In this document: in pieces, positions 1 to 13,786 of the stretch | Numbering within the stretch: the first letter of the stretch is position 1 | How the letters are laid out: the number at the start of each line of letters is the position of its first letter | Assembly (NCBI GenBank): GCA_951406725.2 | Contig: OX597832.1 | Span: 13,578,001 to 13,642,000 of the forward strand | Length of the DNA stretch: 64,000 nucleotides | Origin: Octopus vulgaris | Taxonomy: Eukaryota | Direction: 5' to 3' | Position numbers and translations under genes: made by a program | The notes under the pieces: model-generated | What the model was told of the DNA's origin: nothing | What the model saw: only the letters and a program-made list of their open reading frames with translations | Database searches by the model: none

Positions 1-165
1 GAAAACGTGTTGACAGGAAAACGTATAGATACACATTATATATATATGCAATCATGTTTATAAATAGTAACTCAATGTTTGCATATATTCTCATTATGTG
101 AAGTAGATTTATCAACGTAAATTAGAAATCAGGTTTAACACGCATATGCACACGAACACACACAT

Positions 166-214
<49 letters not shown>

Positions 215-219
215 TTATG

Positions 220-269
<50 letters not shown>

Positions 270-1175
270 CATACGACTAGAAAGGTATGTATATTTAAGT
301 GTGTACACACACACACACACACAGACACACACATATATATATATGCTTACATACATACATACTATTATATATGCGTGTATGTACCATGTATGCACTTGTG
401 CATGAGCATGTGTATCGGTAAGTAAATATATATATATTTATATCGTAAACGCAGACATCACAGATTTGCAAGTAGCCACATCTACATGCATACATGCATA
501 AACCTACACACACACACACGCATGCACACACATCACACGCATCCGCACACCCATACTCTTACGCCAACACATATATATTAAATGTATAGCGTAATTTGCT
601 CGTAAATGTAAATTTCGTACGATATAAGAGAATTCACAGTCAGAAATAATGATTGAGAATTTCACGGTAAGCAACATATATACTTCCAGTTATATGAATA
701 GTGAACATTCCCGAGAGCTGAAATACATGTTTATCTGATTAAATTGTTGTATTGTTGGCTTTAAATGCTCCCATAAATTTTGATTACTTGACAATGAATC
801 TATATTATGTGATAGAACTTCCAGCTGCTGCATGGGTTAGAACTGCCATTAACCGAGAAGATATTGTGTTTACTCATACATATGAAGTGATAAATACTCG
901 AATTTCTTCGATAGTGCTTTTTACAAATCATGCTTTCATTGAAATTTACTGTTTCACTGATTATCACATTCCGATGTGTTGATAAGCTAAACATATTTAT
1001 TTCTCTCTTTACGCCATATACATATGCATTACAAAAGTACTGAAATAAGTATTGTTTAATATAACATTTCGGAGAATGATTGAAGTGGTGTAAAGCAATA
1101 GGAAAGCCGAGATAACACTTGTCGAAGATCCGGTTTTAATTCCAGCACTCAGCAAATAATTCTGGGTTCAATATA

Positions 1176-1409
1176 TATTTCTTTATTGCACACAAGGGGC
1201 TAAACATAGAGGGGACAAACAAGGACAGACAAAGGGATTAAGTCGATTACATCGACCCCCTGTGCGAAACAGGTACTTTATTTATCGACCGCGAAATGAT
1301 GAAAGGCAAAGTCGACCTCGGCGGAATTTGAACTCAGAACGTAACGACAGACGAAATACCGCTAAGCATTTCGCCCGGCGTGCTAACGATTCTGTCAGCT
1401 CGCCGCCTT
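1176..1409 (-). mobile_element. tRNA-derived SINE, family B (Meta-domain-like core)
   Basis: Minus strand reads GGCGGCGAGCTGACAGAATCGTTAGC...GAGTTCAAATTCC (B box), then GTCGACTTTGCCTTTCATC core. Many copies in window. Near-identical flanks CTGG(G/T)TTCAATATA at 1162-1175 and 1414-1427 (TSD). Confidence 0.85.
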
Positions 1410-1681
1410 TATCCTGGTTTCAATATAGCAAAATGACTATCGCCGAACTGAATGTATCCGTTGTCTGGTCTCCCAAATATGTGTATACCATGATAGATAA
1501 TGTATACATTAATATATATTTCTTTTTACTCGAAATACCGAGTTTGTGCTCAAATCTTACGCCACATGATGTCGCCAGTAATATATTATAAAACAATGAT
1601 AGACTGCATAAAGGACTTGATCATAACGCATTAGTGGTGAATTGATATTTTGGACACTAACTACAAATGATGATACGTTAA

Positions 1682-1814
1682 TTACATTATTTGTATGTGG
1701 CGGACATATGTCCTCATCTTTATTTGTTGCTAACAAGATGAGGACAAATATCCGTCAAATGTAAATGATATAAATTATTTATCTAATCCCGCATCTCTTT
1801 TAAATATCTAACTG
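1682..1814. mobile_element. Fold-back (inverted-tail) copy of the HHR-tail element, family H
   Basis: Arms 1682-1720 and 1735-1773 are inverted repeats. Same sequence family as 55228-55428 and the tail at 6081-6145. Degenerate TSD TACAAAT(G/A)ATGAT at 1662 and 1815. Confidence 0.7.
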
Positions 1815-2783
1815 TACAAATAATGATGTATAAGAGAGGAAATAAGACGACTTGTTTTAGGTGTTCGAACACTAGCAATTTCACACGGTTGATGGGACAT
1901 TGAAACTTTTTCTTTTTTGGCGGCAGTACCTTTTTGGTGCTGGACGTAAATATACCCAAGTTCGGAGGAATATACACCTGCTGATAGAGAGTAATAGAGA
2001 AAGGAATAGATCGACATTACAATTTATTAATTGAAAATGATTGTCAAAAACACTTTCTCTCTCCCCTTACGCATACGTGATAAACAAAATATGGTCCCTC
2101 ATACAAACCGAGAGAGAAAAAGAGAGGGGATAGCAGAGAGACAAAGAGACGGTGCTGAGAGTGGGAGAGAGCAACATTAGAATTCCTGTCCTAGATAAGC
2201 ATGCGTCAAGACAGCTACACCAATACGGCTGCGCCAAATTGCCTCATATCATAAGAACGACTTGGAAGAATTTACCGTTCTATTTATGTATGTCAATGGG
2301 AAAATATTTCTACGAGCGGTTTTTCAAGTCTGTTGGTCAATTAAAATGACATTGGCCTGAAATTGGACAGCTGATCTAAAAGCTGGTGCGTTGTAGATTT
2401 ACTAAAGCTTACTGTGTGATGCGCTTTCTCGTGATGCAGAGTTAATTGGTCACTGAGATTATGGAAATGTCACTCATACTGCATTTTAAAACTTCTGATC
2501 AACCATACCATATAGTTCAATAAGATTATACCTACTGGAGGCACTAGTAGAAATATCTCACACGAATAAACCGTGCTTAATTGCAATTATACACCTGTCA
2601 ATTTCACGATGAAAAAACTTATTTCGAATAGACTGGAATTAATGATTGTAGAATGAGATATATGTGCATTGTAACCGCATGTGTGTGTTAAGGTATGGGC
2701 ATTCGGTGTAATTTCTTCATGCAATAAATATCCATGGAAAATATTTACACAGACGAAACACGTACATGATTTGTATGGAAGCA

Positions 2784-2949
2784 TAGGCGCAGCAGTGGCT
2801 ATGTGTAAGTAGTTTGCTTACCAAACACATGGTCCCGGGTTCCGTTCTACTGCGTGGCATCTTCGTCAAGTGTTTTCTACTATAGCCTTGGGCCTACCGA
2901 AGCCATGTGAGTGGATTTGGTAAGGTAGACGGAAACTGGAAGACGACCG

Positions 2950-2991
<42 letters not shown>

Positions 2992-3208
2992 GTTTGTGTG
3001 TGTGTGTTTCTGTGTCTGTTTTTCCCCCCAGCATGGCTTGACAACCAATGCTGGTGTGTTTACGTCCCCGTAACCTATCGGTTCTGCAAAAGAGACCGAT
3101 ATAATAAGTACTAGGCTTACAAATAAATAAGATCTGGAGTCGATTTTCTCGACTATAAAGGCGGTGCTCCAGCATGGTCGCAGGCACATGACTGAAACAT
3201 GTAAGATA
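2784..3208 (+). mobile_element. tRNA-derived SINE, family A, with internal (TA)n/(TG)n
   Basis: Colinear with 21386-21806 and 35204-35476 (GTGGCT..GTAAGTAG..GGGTTC head; GGCGGTGCTCCAGCATGG..GACTGAAAC tail). Confidence 0.85.
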
Positions 3209-5424
3209 AATGATTAGTTAAAGCATGATGTGTAAGCGATTATACTATGGTTCTCATTTCTTTGAATATAAAACCATTCACTGTAATCATATACATCAAA
3301 GAATGAGCATTAAAATTCTAATAGTGGTATTCTATTTATCATCGTGGCGGTATGACTGACTGTCATATTTACGACTCTCTTGTTGCTTTATCAGAGAATT
3401 TTGCTCTTGTGATCGAATATTTACACATTTCTTTCTAGTTATGATATCAGAGGAACATGAAAGAAATCTGAATGAAAAAGAATATGAATAATAAGAATAC
3501 TATTACGAAATTTATAAATGGTATTCTATTAAAATTATGATATGTATACTACAACTTCATCACGTTCATGGCGCATTTTTTTGTTTTAATTCAGCATTAG
3601 TTTACAGAGGACCGATAACTATGACCAAGTTGGAACCTATTTCAAGGAAAGCTTCTGAAGTTTCTCATCTCTAAATTCAAATGGGTATTTCACTCCCGAA
3701 AGTTTACAAGAATATTTTTTTTATTGAAACGGGGATCCTTACTAGTTTTACTGAACCCGAGGAAAGAAACTACATTTTACAAGATATGTATTCTCACCAG
3801 TAATATACACTTTTTCACTCTATTGAATAAACGTCCGTATATGAAGAACCATTCGAATATGCAAATTTAAAATGACTTATTATGATTTCTTTTACACTGA
3901 GAGAAGGATACTGATTTACACTATGTATATAGTGTATTGAATGTCGCCATTATAGGTGTTTATTTTATTGATCTGTAATAATGAAATTCATATTTGATCG
4001 AAACAAATATAGCGTATGATTTCCAAAAAAATTTGATCGAATTGCAATTTTGTGGGAAATAAAAGTGACATATTGAATCTTAAATCGTGTTTGATATATT
4101 GTGAAGACGTTCTCTAATGCAGCAATGCTCAGATATTCGACAAAAACAAAAAATGGCGCACATATTACCGTTGTAAAAGTTATCGGAATTGAAAATGCAA
4201 ATTCTCTTGACAAATCATATCAAACTATTTAAGACATGTTTCATAAAAATCCTCATTGTTGACATTGGAGATGTTTAGAATAAGGTTAATATTTATTTTG
4301 CCGACATTTTGAAGAAGGAACATGCCAAAAATGAAGTTTGTAATCGAAAAAAGTGAGGGTAGAAACGTAACGGATGCCAATTCCAGTTTCACTCCATCGA
4401 TTATTTATTTTTAAAATCATTACACTGAGCTTTTAAAGAGATGAAACGTTTAGATAATTAAACATTTATGTTTGAATATTTTCATCAATTATGAATTCGG
4501 TATTGATAATATATTTCTAGTCAATCAAATGTGCACGATATATGATATAAACAGAGTTTTGTATCAAAGATAACGAAATTAAAATTGAAAGGGGAATAAA
4601 CTATATTAATTGAAAACCTCTCGTAGGTATGTAATTATCTAACTGAAAAGTAACATATATGGCATCGAGCAAAATTTGCTTTCGAAATTAATTTATTTAG
4701 AAGACATATAATGACGTTTGGAAAATATACATATAAAATCCTTTGCATATATGTATATTGCTCTAACATTATATGAAACAAGTTTAGCCGTTGGAATAAA
4801 TTCCGGATCACCGTCAATTTTTATTTTGTTTTGTCGAAAACATTATAGGTATAGTTGATATAATCAAAGGAGGAAGCGAAAAGGCAAAGGTATGAAAATA
4901 GATATACAATTTAATATCATTTCAATAAGTCAATGACACCGAAGAGAAAGCAGGCCTCAAATTAGAGTTCACTATGCTATTTCCAGCGGTTGAATCTCAA
5001 TCCAAATTTTACCTAGCGTGTACGATAAGAAATACAAAAAAAAAAAAAGGCTGTGTGTCATAAATTTCTTTCCGTTCACCTTTTCCCTGAAGAAGGAATC
5101 TTTCCGTAAAGTTAGATGTTCCAATTTCCACAGTAAGTTCACGGCATTCCTATTTTTCGTTTTAGTAAATAGCATGTGCATTGTTCGACGCAGACCAACA
5201 GCAATCTTATAGAGCTTTTCTTTGACCGTATATCTGATAGAATAATCCTGCATTCTCTGAAGCGAGATGGTGTTCGGTGCCTGTTACACATGTCTATTCG
5301 AGAAATGTTAGTATATGACTACGCAACAAACATCTCGGCAGCACCAACAGCAACGGCAACAATAACAAAAAACACCCAAACGAGAAAAGCTTTACATATT
5401 GTACGTAGAGCAAATAATATTCAG

Positions 5425-5632
5425 TGGTGAGCTGGAAGAGTCGTTAACACCGCTTAGTAAAATGCTTAGCAGCATTTCGTCTGTTTCTACGTTCTAATAT
5501 CAGATTCTGCCGTCGTAGGCATTCTCTTGAATTCTATTAGGGGTTGTTAAAAAAAGTACCAGTTGAGCACTGGGGTCGATGTAATCCACTTACTCCTTAC
5601 TCCAGAATTAATGGCCTTGTTCCAAAATTTGG
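5425..5632 (+). mobile_element. Degenerate SINE family B
   Basis: GGTGAGCTGG..GTTAACAC..AAATGCTTAGC..AAGTACCAGTTGAGCACTGGGGTCGATGTAATC matches family B. Confidence 0.65.
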
Positions 5633-5729
5633 AACTAATGCAATTATCATATGATACGCTTGTTTCTAGATTTATCTCCTTTGAACCTACAAATGAAAGA
5701 CGAAGTATTTCACTCCAATATACATATTC

Positions 5730-6078
5730 TTTTACTCTCTTACTTGTTTCTGTTATTTAAATGTGGCCATGCTGGAGCACTGCCTTTCGTCGAGCAAATT
5801 AACCTCAGGACTTATTCTTTGTAAGCCTAGTACTAATTCTATCGGTTTCTTTTGCAGAACCGCTAAGTTACGGGGACGTAAACTCATCAGCATCGGTTGT
5901 CAAGCGATGTTGGGTAACAATCACAGACACACAGACACACACACACATATACATATATATATATATATATATACGACGGGCTTCTAAGATACATGCCCAA
6001 GGTGCCACGCAGTGGGACTGAACCCGGAACAATATAGTTTGTAAGCAAGTAACTTACCACACAGCAACTCCTACGCCT
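5730..6078 (-). mobile_element. SINE family A (internally deleted)
   Basis: Reverse complement of family A head (6000-6078) and tail (5730-5935). Confidence 0.8.
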
Positions 6079-6080
6079 AT

Positions 6081-6178
6081 TTTGTTATCATCTTATTTGT
6101 TGTTAACACCAGCTGGTATCTAGGGGAAATTTTGTACCTGGGTTCTCATTCCAAAGGTACTTTTCCATGTTGTTGTTA

Positions 6179-6257
<79 letters not shown>

Positions 6258-6405
6258 CATTATTATTATTATTATTATTATCATTATTATTATTATTATT
6301 ATTATTATTAATATTATTGTCATTATTATTCAGGTTACTGCCTGGAATTGAACTCGGACTCTTGGGGTTAGTAGCCCGCACTCTTAACCACTATGCCATA
6401 TACCC
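6081..6405 (-). mobile_element. tRNA-headed SINE-like element with (AAT)n linker and family H tail
   Basis: Minus strand: A box TGGCATAGTGG, B box GAGTTCAATTCC (head ~6405-6334), then (AAT)n, then AAATTTCCCCTAGATACC...GTGTTAACAACAAATAAGATGATAACAAA, which aligns to 55311-55394 on both sides of the HHR. Confidence 0.75.
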
Positions 6406-7322
6406 ATACTTCCTTTATGATTATTTCACTCTACTATGGGGATTTTTAATATTTATCTAAAGAAACCAAAATTCGTCAGTGTTTCACATAAGACATATTC
6501 TGATATTTTTGAAAGAGTGCGTCTGCAGGTAGATTGTTACACACAGTATAGACTACCTGTGCCACATTAGGGCTTAATTAAATAAAGTAATTAGTAGTGA
6601 TATTCGGTCAGCATAAAATGAATACACACATCTTCCAAGCAAGCTATCAAATTGAGTTTTAACCAGGTACATTTGAACCTGGAAAAAATGTGTATATTAT
6701 TTTATTAATTTAAATTGCCTGTAGCAATGTTACACTAATTGGAAATACAATTTTACTTCTAAGAAGTATGTGTATGATTGTCTTCTGCTAATATTTCCAA
6801 ATTGAAAATATACTATGAAACTATTAATGTTGATAAAGAAACGTAATGTAATAATTCTCCATTTTTGTTCCAACAAGCAAATAAGGTTAGAGAGCAAGAA
6901 ATAATCGATATAATGTTGAGAGTTATGTAATATCAAATATTAAGTTCCTCTCTGTTTCTCATGCTTCTCCTCCTGCATTATGCTTTTCTCTTATATCTAT
7001 GTGCATGCAAAAAAGCAAGGAAAAAAACGGGGAACCTTATTTATTTAACATTTTGCTTTCCATGTTTCAACCCTTTTCCTACACAGCGAACCGTCTCCAT
7101 AGATATCTCCACCCTGTTTCCCTTTCTGTTTACAAATGTATTTGATTTTACCCTCTATCTATTTCTAGAATCTCAGCTGGAATAGAACTAATTACGTCTT
7201 TGAAATATTTTAAATCAGATATATGTATATGTATGTATGATAATTATATATACATACATACATTCATACAGATACATATACATATTTATAGATGCATACA
7301 TATATATATATATATATGTATA

Positions 7323-7365
<43 letters not shown>

Positions 7366-7398
7366 GCATACACATATATAAGAGGTATCGAGGTAATA

Positions 7399-7447
<49 letters not shown>

Positions 7448-8536
7448 CTATGTGTGTGTGTATATATACATACATATGTAAATACACACATGCACACATA
7501 CACACACACACGCACATATATATACTTATTTAAATATATATGTGCGTTTAGGTATATATCTATATCTATCTAACCATCCATCTATATCTGTATCTATTCT
7601 ATATCTATGCGTATGTGTGAATGCGTGGAGCTTTTGATAAGGATTTCAAAAAATCTATGTAATATCCCATAATTGACAACTGAGTGTGTGTGAATACATA
7701 TTTAAGGCATCGGTCTATAATATGCAAAATGTATGTAATATTTGTGGCATTGAGAAAAACGATGCATGGTAAAAGTGACGAATATGTGCATAGAATAAAG
7801 TCATTAGACGCTGCAAATTTATGTTTCTGATGTCAAGCAAATGGACCTTCGTTCACAGAGAGTATAGTGCAATGTTATCAAATATAACAAATATTATTTG
7901 CGACAAAATTGTTGTTGTTATTTATGTTATGGTGCTAAACTCCCATCGCGTTGACCATATCCAAATAAAAGCAAGTACTGATATTTTTGGACATAAATTT
8001 CGATGCAGTACATCTCAGATCACGTTGCCTGAACTATCGCAACAAGGAGTTTGTTGAATGACTCATCAATCCGTGAATCGTATTAGAGCGACGCTTTATC
8101 GTAATGAACAACGAAATAAAAAAAAATATTGAGGAAGCGAAAATTATCCCTATTGGGAGGTGTAATCAGAATTTAAAACAAAAAACAATAAACGACGAAT
8201 ATACTTTAAATTAATTTATAACAGTTTCATTCTATTGTGACAAACCTGCATTTTCACAATTTATATACGAATGATATCGAAGACATCGGAGTAGGCTACT
8301 TGGAATGATTCCACGAAGATGAGAAAACGCTTTAGTTAAAAAATGTATTTCGAGATGAAATGTCGTAATCAAGATGTGTAAGCTCCTCGTGACAAGTAAT
8401 GTATAAGAACATATGGTAATCCGGTCAATACAGTGGTATATATATATACATATGTACATACATATATATATACATACATGTATAGGTATGTATGTGTATA
8501 TACACACACACACACCAGTATATATATATATATATA

Positions 8537-8745
8537 AAGTTAATCCCAACGAGAAAACGCAAAAAAACACAACAACGCGAGGACGTGGAACAAATATAGT
8601 ATTATTGGACGCTCAGGAAAGAAGGGAAGAAATAGGATTTAACGTTTCGAGCGGAGCTCTTCGTCGGAAACATAGGAGAAAGAAAGATCCCGAGAAGGGA
8701 AGACAGAGGAAAAAAAATCGCTAACGGTACACACGAGGTCATAGC
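8537..8745 (-). mobile_element. Short PLE pseudo-LTR-like module with minimal hammerhead-like motif (8637-8671)
   Basis: Minus: GTTT-CCGACGA-A-GAGC(TCC)GCTC-GAAA-CGTT-AAAT. The 3' end runs into (TA)n at 8519-8536. Confidence 0.55.
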
Positions 8746-9560
8746 TCCAGGATGGTTATAGTCTAATGACTGAAACATGTGATATATATATATATATATA
8801 TTGCGTATATACATTATTTTACAAATAGTGTGTTAAAACAGATTTTCTTATAAAACGTGGTGGTCATTTCTTGCGCTGGCAAAATATACCCGCGCACTAC
8901 ATATCTGTTCTACATTTCAGGCTTATTCTTGTTCTTATTTGATGCCTTTTCTCCAGAACTCTTTCGTCATGCATCCAGCGACCTCTTCAGCAACTCTCCA
9001 TCCCATGTGTTCCCTGTTCTGTTTATCCCATTCTGTTTTTCTGTGGTCTGTATCCTAATATGCTCATCCGTTTGAGCCTGTATCTCTGTGTGAGTGTGCG
9101 TGCGTTTACTATGTATGTTTTGTGTGCGTATAGGTTTGCTTACAATACTCTTTGTATGTGTTCCCGATATTTATTTTTTTCAAAATTTATTTACTTTCCT
9201 ATCTATTTCACCCATTTTGCCTTAGATATGTGTATGTTGTGTTTTTGTATATATTATACTCTTTCTATCAAATACAAACGGTATAGCAAGCAAACCTATA
9301 TATACACTCAGAACACATAGAAACGCATACACTCACACGCACACACACACACACACACACACGCACACACTCATACACACGCACATACGCGTTCGCACAT
9401 ACTCAGAGTAAAACGCATGCGTAGATAAGGATAAATACCATAGAAAGACAGAATGGATTAAGCAGAAAAGGAAGAGTCACGTATGTTGGGGTGAGGAGGT
9501 CACTGCTTTAACTTTTACAGTGTGTTTCTTTTTCGGATAAATGATTCACTGATCCACTAA

Positions 9561-9599
<39 letters not shown>

Positions 9600-9600
<1 letters not shown>

Positions 9601-11650
9601 TATGCAGTTCTAAGTGACATAGGATGCTACAAAACCTATTAATACCCATGTTAGTAAATGATACCGTCTACGAAAAAAGTTGAAAACTAGAAACCACAAA
9701 ATACAATGAAAGGTCTTGTGTGCTTGATTCCTGTACTTGGAAAAATCTGACAAACAAAGAAATAGATTATATCACAAATTTCAAATGTACTCTTAGTCTT
9801 TTCTAAAGAAAAAATAAATAAACGCGCCCTTTTTAAAAACTTAGCCAGGTTCATGGGCCCGGTTTCCCGGTTTCTATGGCGTATGTGTTACCTAGCTGCA
9901 CGGGACGCCAGTCCATCGCAGCGTTACTCATTTTTGCCAGCCGAGTGGACTGGAGCAACGTGAAATGAAGTGTTTGATCAAGAACACAACGGGTCGCCCG
10001 TTCCAGGAATCGAAACCACAATCTTACGATTATGATGCTGACACCCTAAACACTAAGCCTCACGCCTCCACAGTCTTTTCTAAGGCTTACCTAAAATACT
10101 AAAGAGTCAGTTAATTAATGAAGCCCGCAAATAACCACCAGTTATACACATACACATCAGTTAAAGTTAATCCTTTTAATTGCTGGCCCAACGTGTGAAA
10201 CTCACTGACGAAGCAAATTTCTAGATATACCACATAAATCCCATTTGAAATATATCAAAAGGTTCATTAGAGACGATCTAGAGATGCTAAACCACCCACG
10301 AAAAACAATTATTGAAGAAATAATCATGGTTTCCTTCGATGTTGTCAATCTATACAGCAACATCCCACAATAGATGGAATCTAATTCTGGCTGGATAATT
10401 ATCACGAAGAATTTCCGGAGCGCATGAACGGGGACTTTATTGATGTAACTTTAAAATTTATCTTCTAGGGCAATTACTTTCTATTTCATGACACCCACTG
10501 CCAACAAAAATATTGAAATGTGATGGGAACAAATGCAACCTCAGTTCTTGCAAGCCTAATAATGAGATATTTAGAATTAACCAGTTATAGAGTATCACAA
10601 CAAAACGTGAATACCCATTCTACCATTATATAAGAAAAAGGTATTTGGATGACTGCATTATCATTTGTAATGACACCTTGTGAAATGTTTTGAATTTAAA
10701 TCAGTACAAAATAGTATAAATCCAAATATTCAACTTACAGTGAAGTAGATCAAAGAGTAACTCCCATTCCTTGATATTTTGATAAAAAAAGTCAACGATC
10801 AAATTCAAACCGATATCTGTTGTAAACCAACGGAGTCGAAGCAATATCTTCTGTTTAGTTCATGTCACCCGAAACAAATCAAAATAAATATTATTTTTAA
10901 TTTAGCGAAAATGATTTGCACAACAGCGTCTGATGCAAATACTCGGGGCCTCCGACTTAAGGACCGCTGAGGTACATTCATTGAACCACACAATCCACTC
11001 TCACTTATAGATGACGTGATTAAACGTGCTTAGAAGATAGATATCTAAATACGCAATGGAACGAAAAGACATTCTACACCCAAACCTATAATTACTGCCT
11101 TATATACCGACAGAAACCTCTAGAATACATGAGGTAGACAACACCATTACTCAAAATCTGCCAAAGCTCACTAGGGATCCAATGCTGACGAAAATTCTAC
11201 AAACACACAAATTTAGCAAAATTTAAAAACAACCCAAATCACTAAAAAAAAATACTGATAAAATCGAAGGTATACGCTACAACAACGAAAGCAATAATTG
11301 AAAAATGCGACGCGCAAGTTGCGGAACTTTCCCCAATCCACTGGAAGGTACCGAATTCCACTTCAAGCAAGATTCACAATTAAGACCTATTGCACCTGTG
11401 CATCCGAAAATTTAATTTGTGTGATAAATTTTCAGGATGTGGTGACAATTATATAGACCAAACAAGGATGTCATTTCGAGAACTACACAGCATAAGGAAC
11501 AGTCCTTGGACCTCGGATGACACTTTAGCGCTACGGAATATCTAGCAAGCATAAATTCAAATACAAATCACAAAATAACAGCTTTGTAGGAAACTAAGAT
11601 TTGTTGGCGTCAGTAAAAACAAATAAGTACATTTTGAAAATAAGCTTTAG
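9600..11650 (+). pseudogene. Degenerate Penelope-like retroelement (RT + GIY-YIG), related to 35771-37741
   Basis: Broken frames give LTNKEIDYITNFKC, GLPKILKSQLINEA, MVSFDVVNLYSNIP, YLLFSSCHPKQIKINIIFNLAKMICT, a Cys-rich linker ~11303-11340 and TCASENLICVI..GCGDNYI. Many stops and frameshifts. Confidence 0.85.
9807..10071 (-). mobile_element. tRNA-derived SINE, family C, inserted in the PLE
   Basis: Minus: GTGGAGGCGTGAGGCTTAGTGTTTAGGG...GGTTTCGATTCC...GCGATGGACTGGCGTCCCGT. Perfect 12-bp TSD AGTCTTTTCTAA at 9795-9806 and 10072-10083. Confidence 0.9.
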
Positions 11651-11940
11651 AAATTTTCCTCTCTGGCAAAGGTATTTACAAGAAAATCTCATTAGTCACA
11701 TCTCATCATCTCATAGCGACTGTTACAACTGTCTGTCCAACTCGCTCTCTCTGTCGCTGTCTAAGCCCCCCCTCTTTCTCTTTCTTTATCTATTTATCTG
11801 TCTATCTCACACAGATACACACATTTATCCGTCTATCTCATACAGTTGAACATATTTATCTGTCTATCTCACTCAAAAAAAAAAACACACACGCACACAC
11901 ACACACACACACATATGTATCTATGTATGAATGTACGTAA

Positions 11941-11980
<40 letters not shown>

Positions 11981-12944
11981 GTATTCATATATATATATAT
12001 TTCTGTGTTTGTTTGATTATGCGTGTGTGAACTAAGGTAGCATATATCTGTCAATGTACAAACGCTCACTTATACAGATATGTATATATGTATGTGTATT
12101 TATATGAAATGGGCACATTGTCTACGAAACACAGAAAATTGGCAACGTTCTTGCGATATTTGTCAGAAAAATAATTATTAGATTTGAACATAGGATTTAT
12201 CGAAGATTAAATTTTGCCTGCATGGAAGAATGTTCCTAGTTTGATTTTAATGCAGATTTGTTTAATCTGTTAATATTCTTGTACTTATCATATAATCTTT
12301 TTTTATTATTATTATTTTGATTCTGTTCTCACTTTATATTTCATATATATTATTTATAAACTTCATACACATTTTGCCAAACGATTACGGATGTGCAAAC
12401 GCAGTATAATAAGTGCACATACGATTAATTCACCAGAGTGTACTCGTTTAATATAGAGATCGATACATTTTATTAGTAAGCACTTGGTGACTTAAGAGTT
12501 CGATTCTTTTATGCATAATCTCATCGGTTTATGTAATAGATGTAGTACGAAAAATAGCGGTTGTTTAAGAGAGATATATCGTAGTGCGTATAGAAGATTA
12601 ATACAAGTTACTACCACTTGAAATATATTTCTTCTTGAACAATAAACAGTTAGATAAATTTGAATGTCTTATCTGAGTGACATGAATAGCACGGCTGGAA
12701 AATTCAAACAGTTTGATTAGCATACTTCTTTCACTGTTAACATTCAATGTTAGATACACATTCTTCTTTCACTGTTGCCAACATACACAAGCTTGGAACT
12801 GTTTTGGACTAAGAAATTTGAAGTTTGTGTATTGTTAGTAACTAGCTACTATTTCTGTAATAATGAAAATATGTGCGGAAATTACTTTCCTTTCGTTAGT
12901 TCAAATCATATGCACTGTCATGTGTTACAATAATAATTTCAAAG

Positions 12945-13127
12945 ATTTGTACAAAGCCAGCAATTTTCGGGGATAGTAAATCGAGTAGATCTACCCTAGT
13001 ATATATTCTATCAACAACCGAAAGGGGATAAAGCTGAAGTTGACTTCGGTGGAATTAGAACTCAGAATGTAAACACGAAATGCCGTTCAGCATATAGCCA
13101 GGCATGCTAACAACTCTACCAGCTCGA
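12945..13127 (-). mobile_element. Degenerate SINE family B
   Basis: CGAAAGGG..AAGTTGACTTCGGTGGAATTAGAACTCAGAA..GCTAAC..CCAGCTCG matches the family B reverse strand. Confidence 0.65.
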
Positions 13128-13362
13128 CTGTACAATGACAATACTAATGTTTCATTCAAAGACTGATAATAATGTAGATCTAACCAAAAGTTCGAAATCT
13201 ACTGAAACATGTTTACAGTCGAAGGGCACATTTGGTTATTACAATTATTGGGTTAATGCGGACAATTTATAGGACAATGTACTACTGTGACAAGGATTTC
13301 CAATACACTAATCTACTAGTACATTTGTCTATTTTCCATGGAAAGGAAAGTAGATAATCATG

Positions 13363-13414
<52 letters not shown>

Positions 13415-13729
13415 TTTTTGCTTATACACCTATATGGTTGAAATTTACAGAAAAAACAAATGATGAAGACAGGCGTATGAAAAACAAGCAGCTGTATTAG
13501 CTTCATGCTTTGAAAATTCTTGAACCAGAGACGTTATTTTGCATAGCAGTATACTAATTTACTACATCTGAACTATTCTGGGATTACGGTAACTCCGTCA
13601 AAAAATGTCAAACAAGGTCAAGTACCTATCAACAGAAATTGTTTAACGCAGCAACAAATATTACATTTCCCTAGAAGGAAATAATATAGATATTATTTAA
13701 GAAGTACACACACATTATTTAAGAAACAC

Positions 13730-13786
<57 letters not shown>

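Noticed and set aside
4972-5281. 93-aa minus-strand ORF with a possible upstream acceptor
   Set aside because: No recognisable domain, runs through a poly-T tract, and has no convincing donor.
6334-6405. tRNA gene (apparent ACT anticodon)
   Set aside because: Stems are imperfect, there is no terminator, and it continues into a repeat body; it is a SINE head, as are the other tRNA-like heads.
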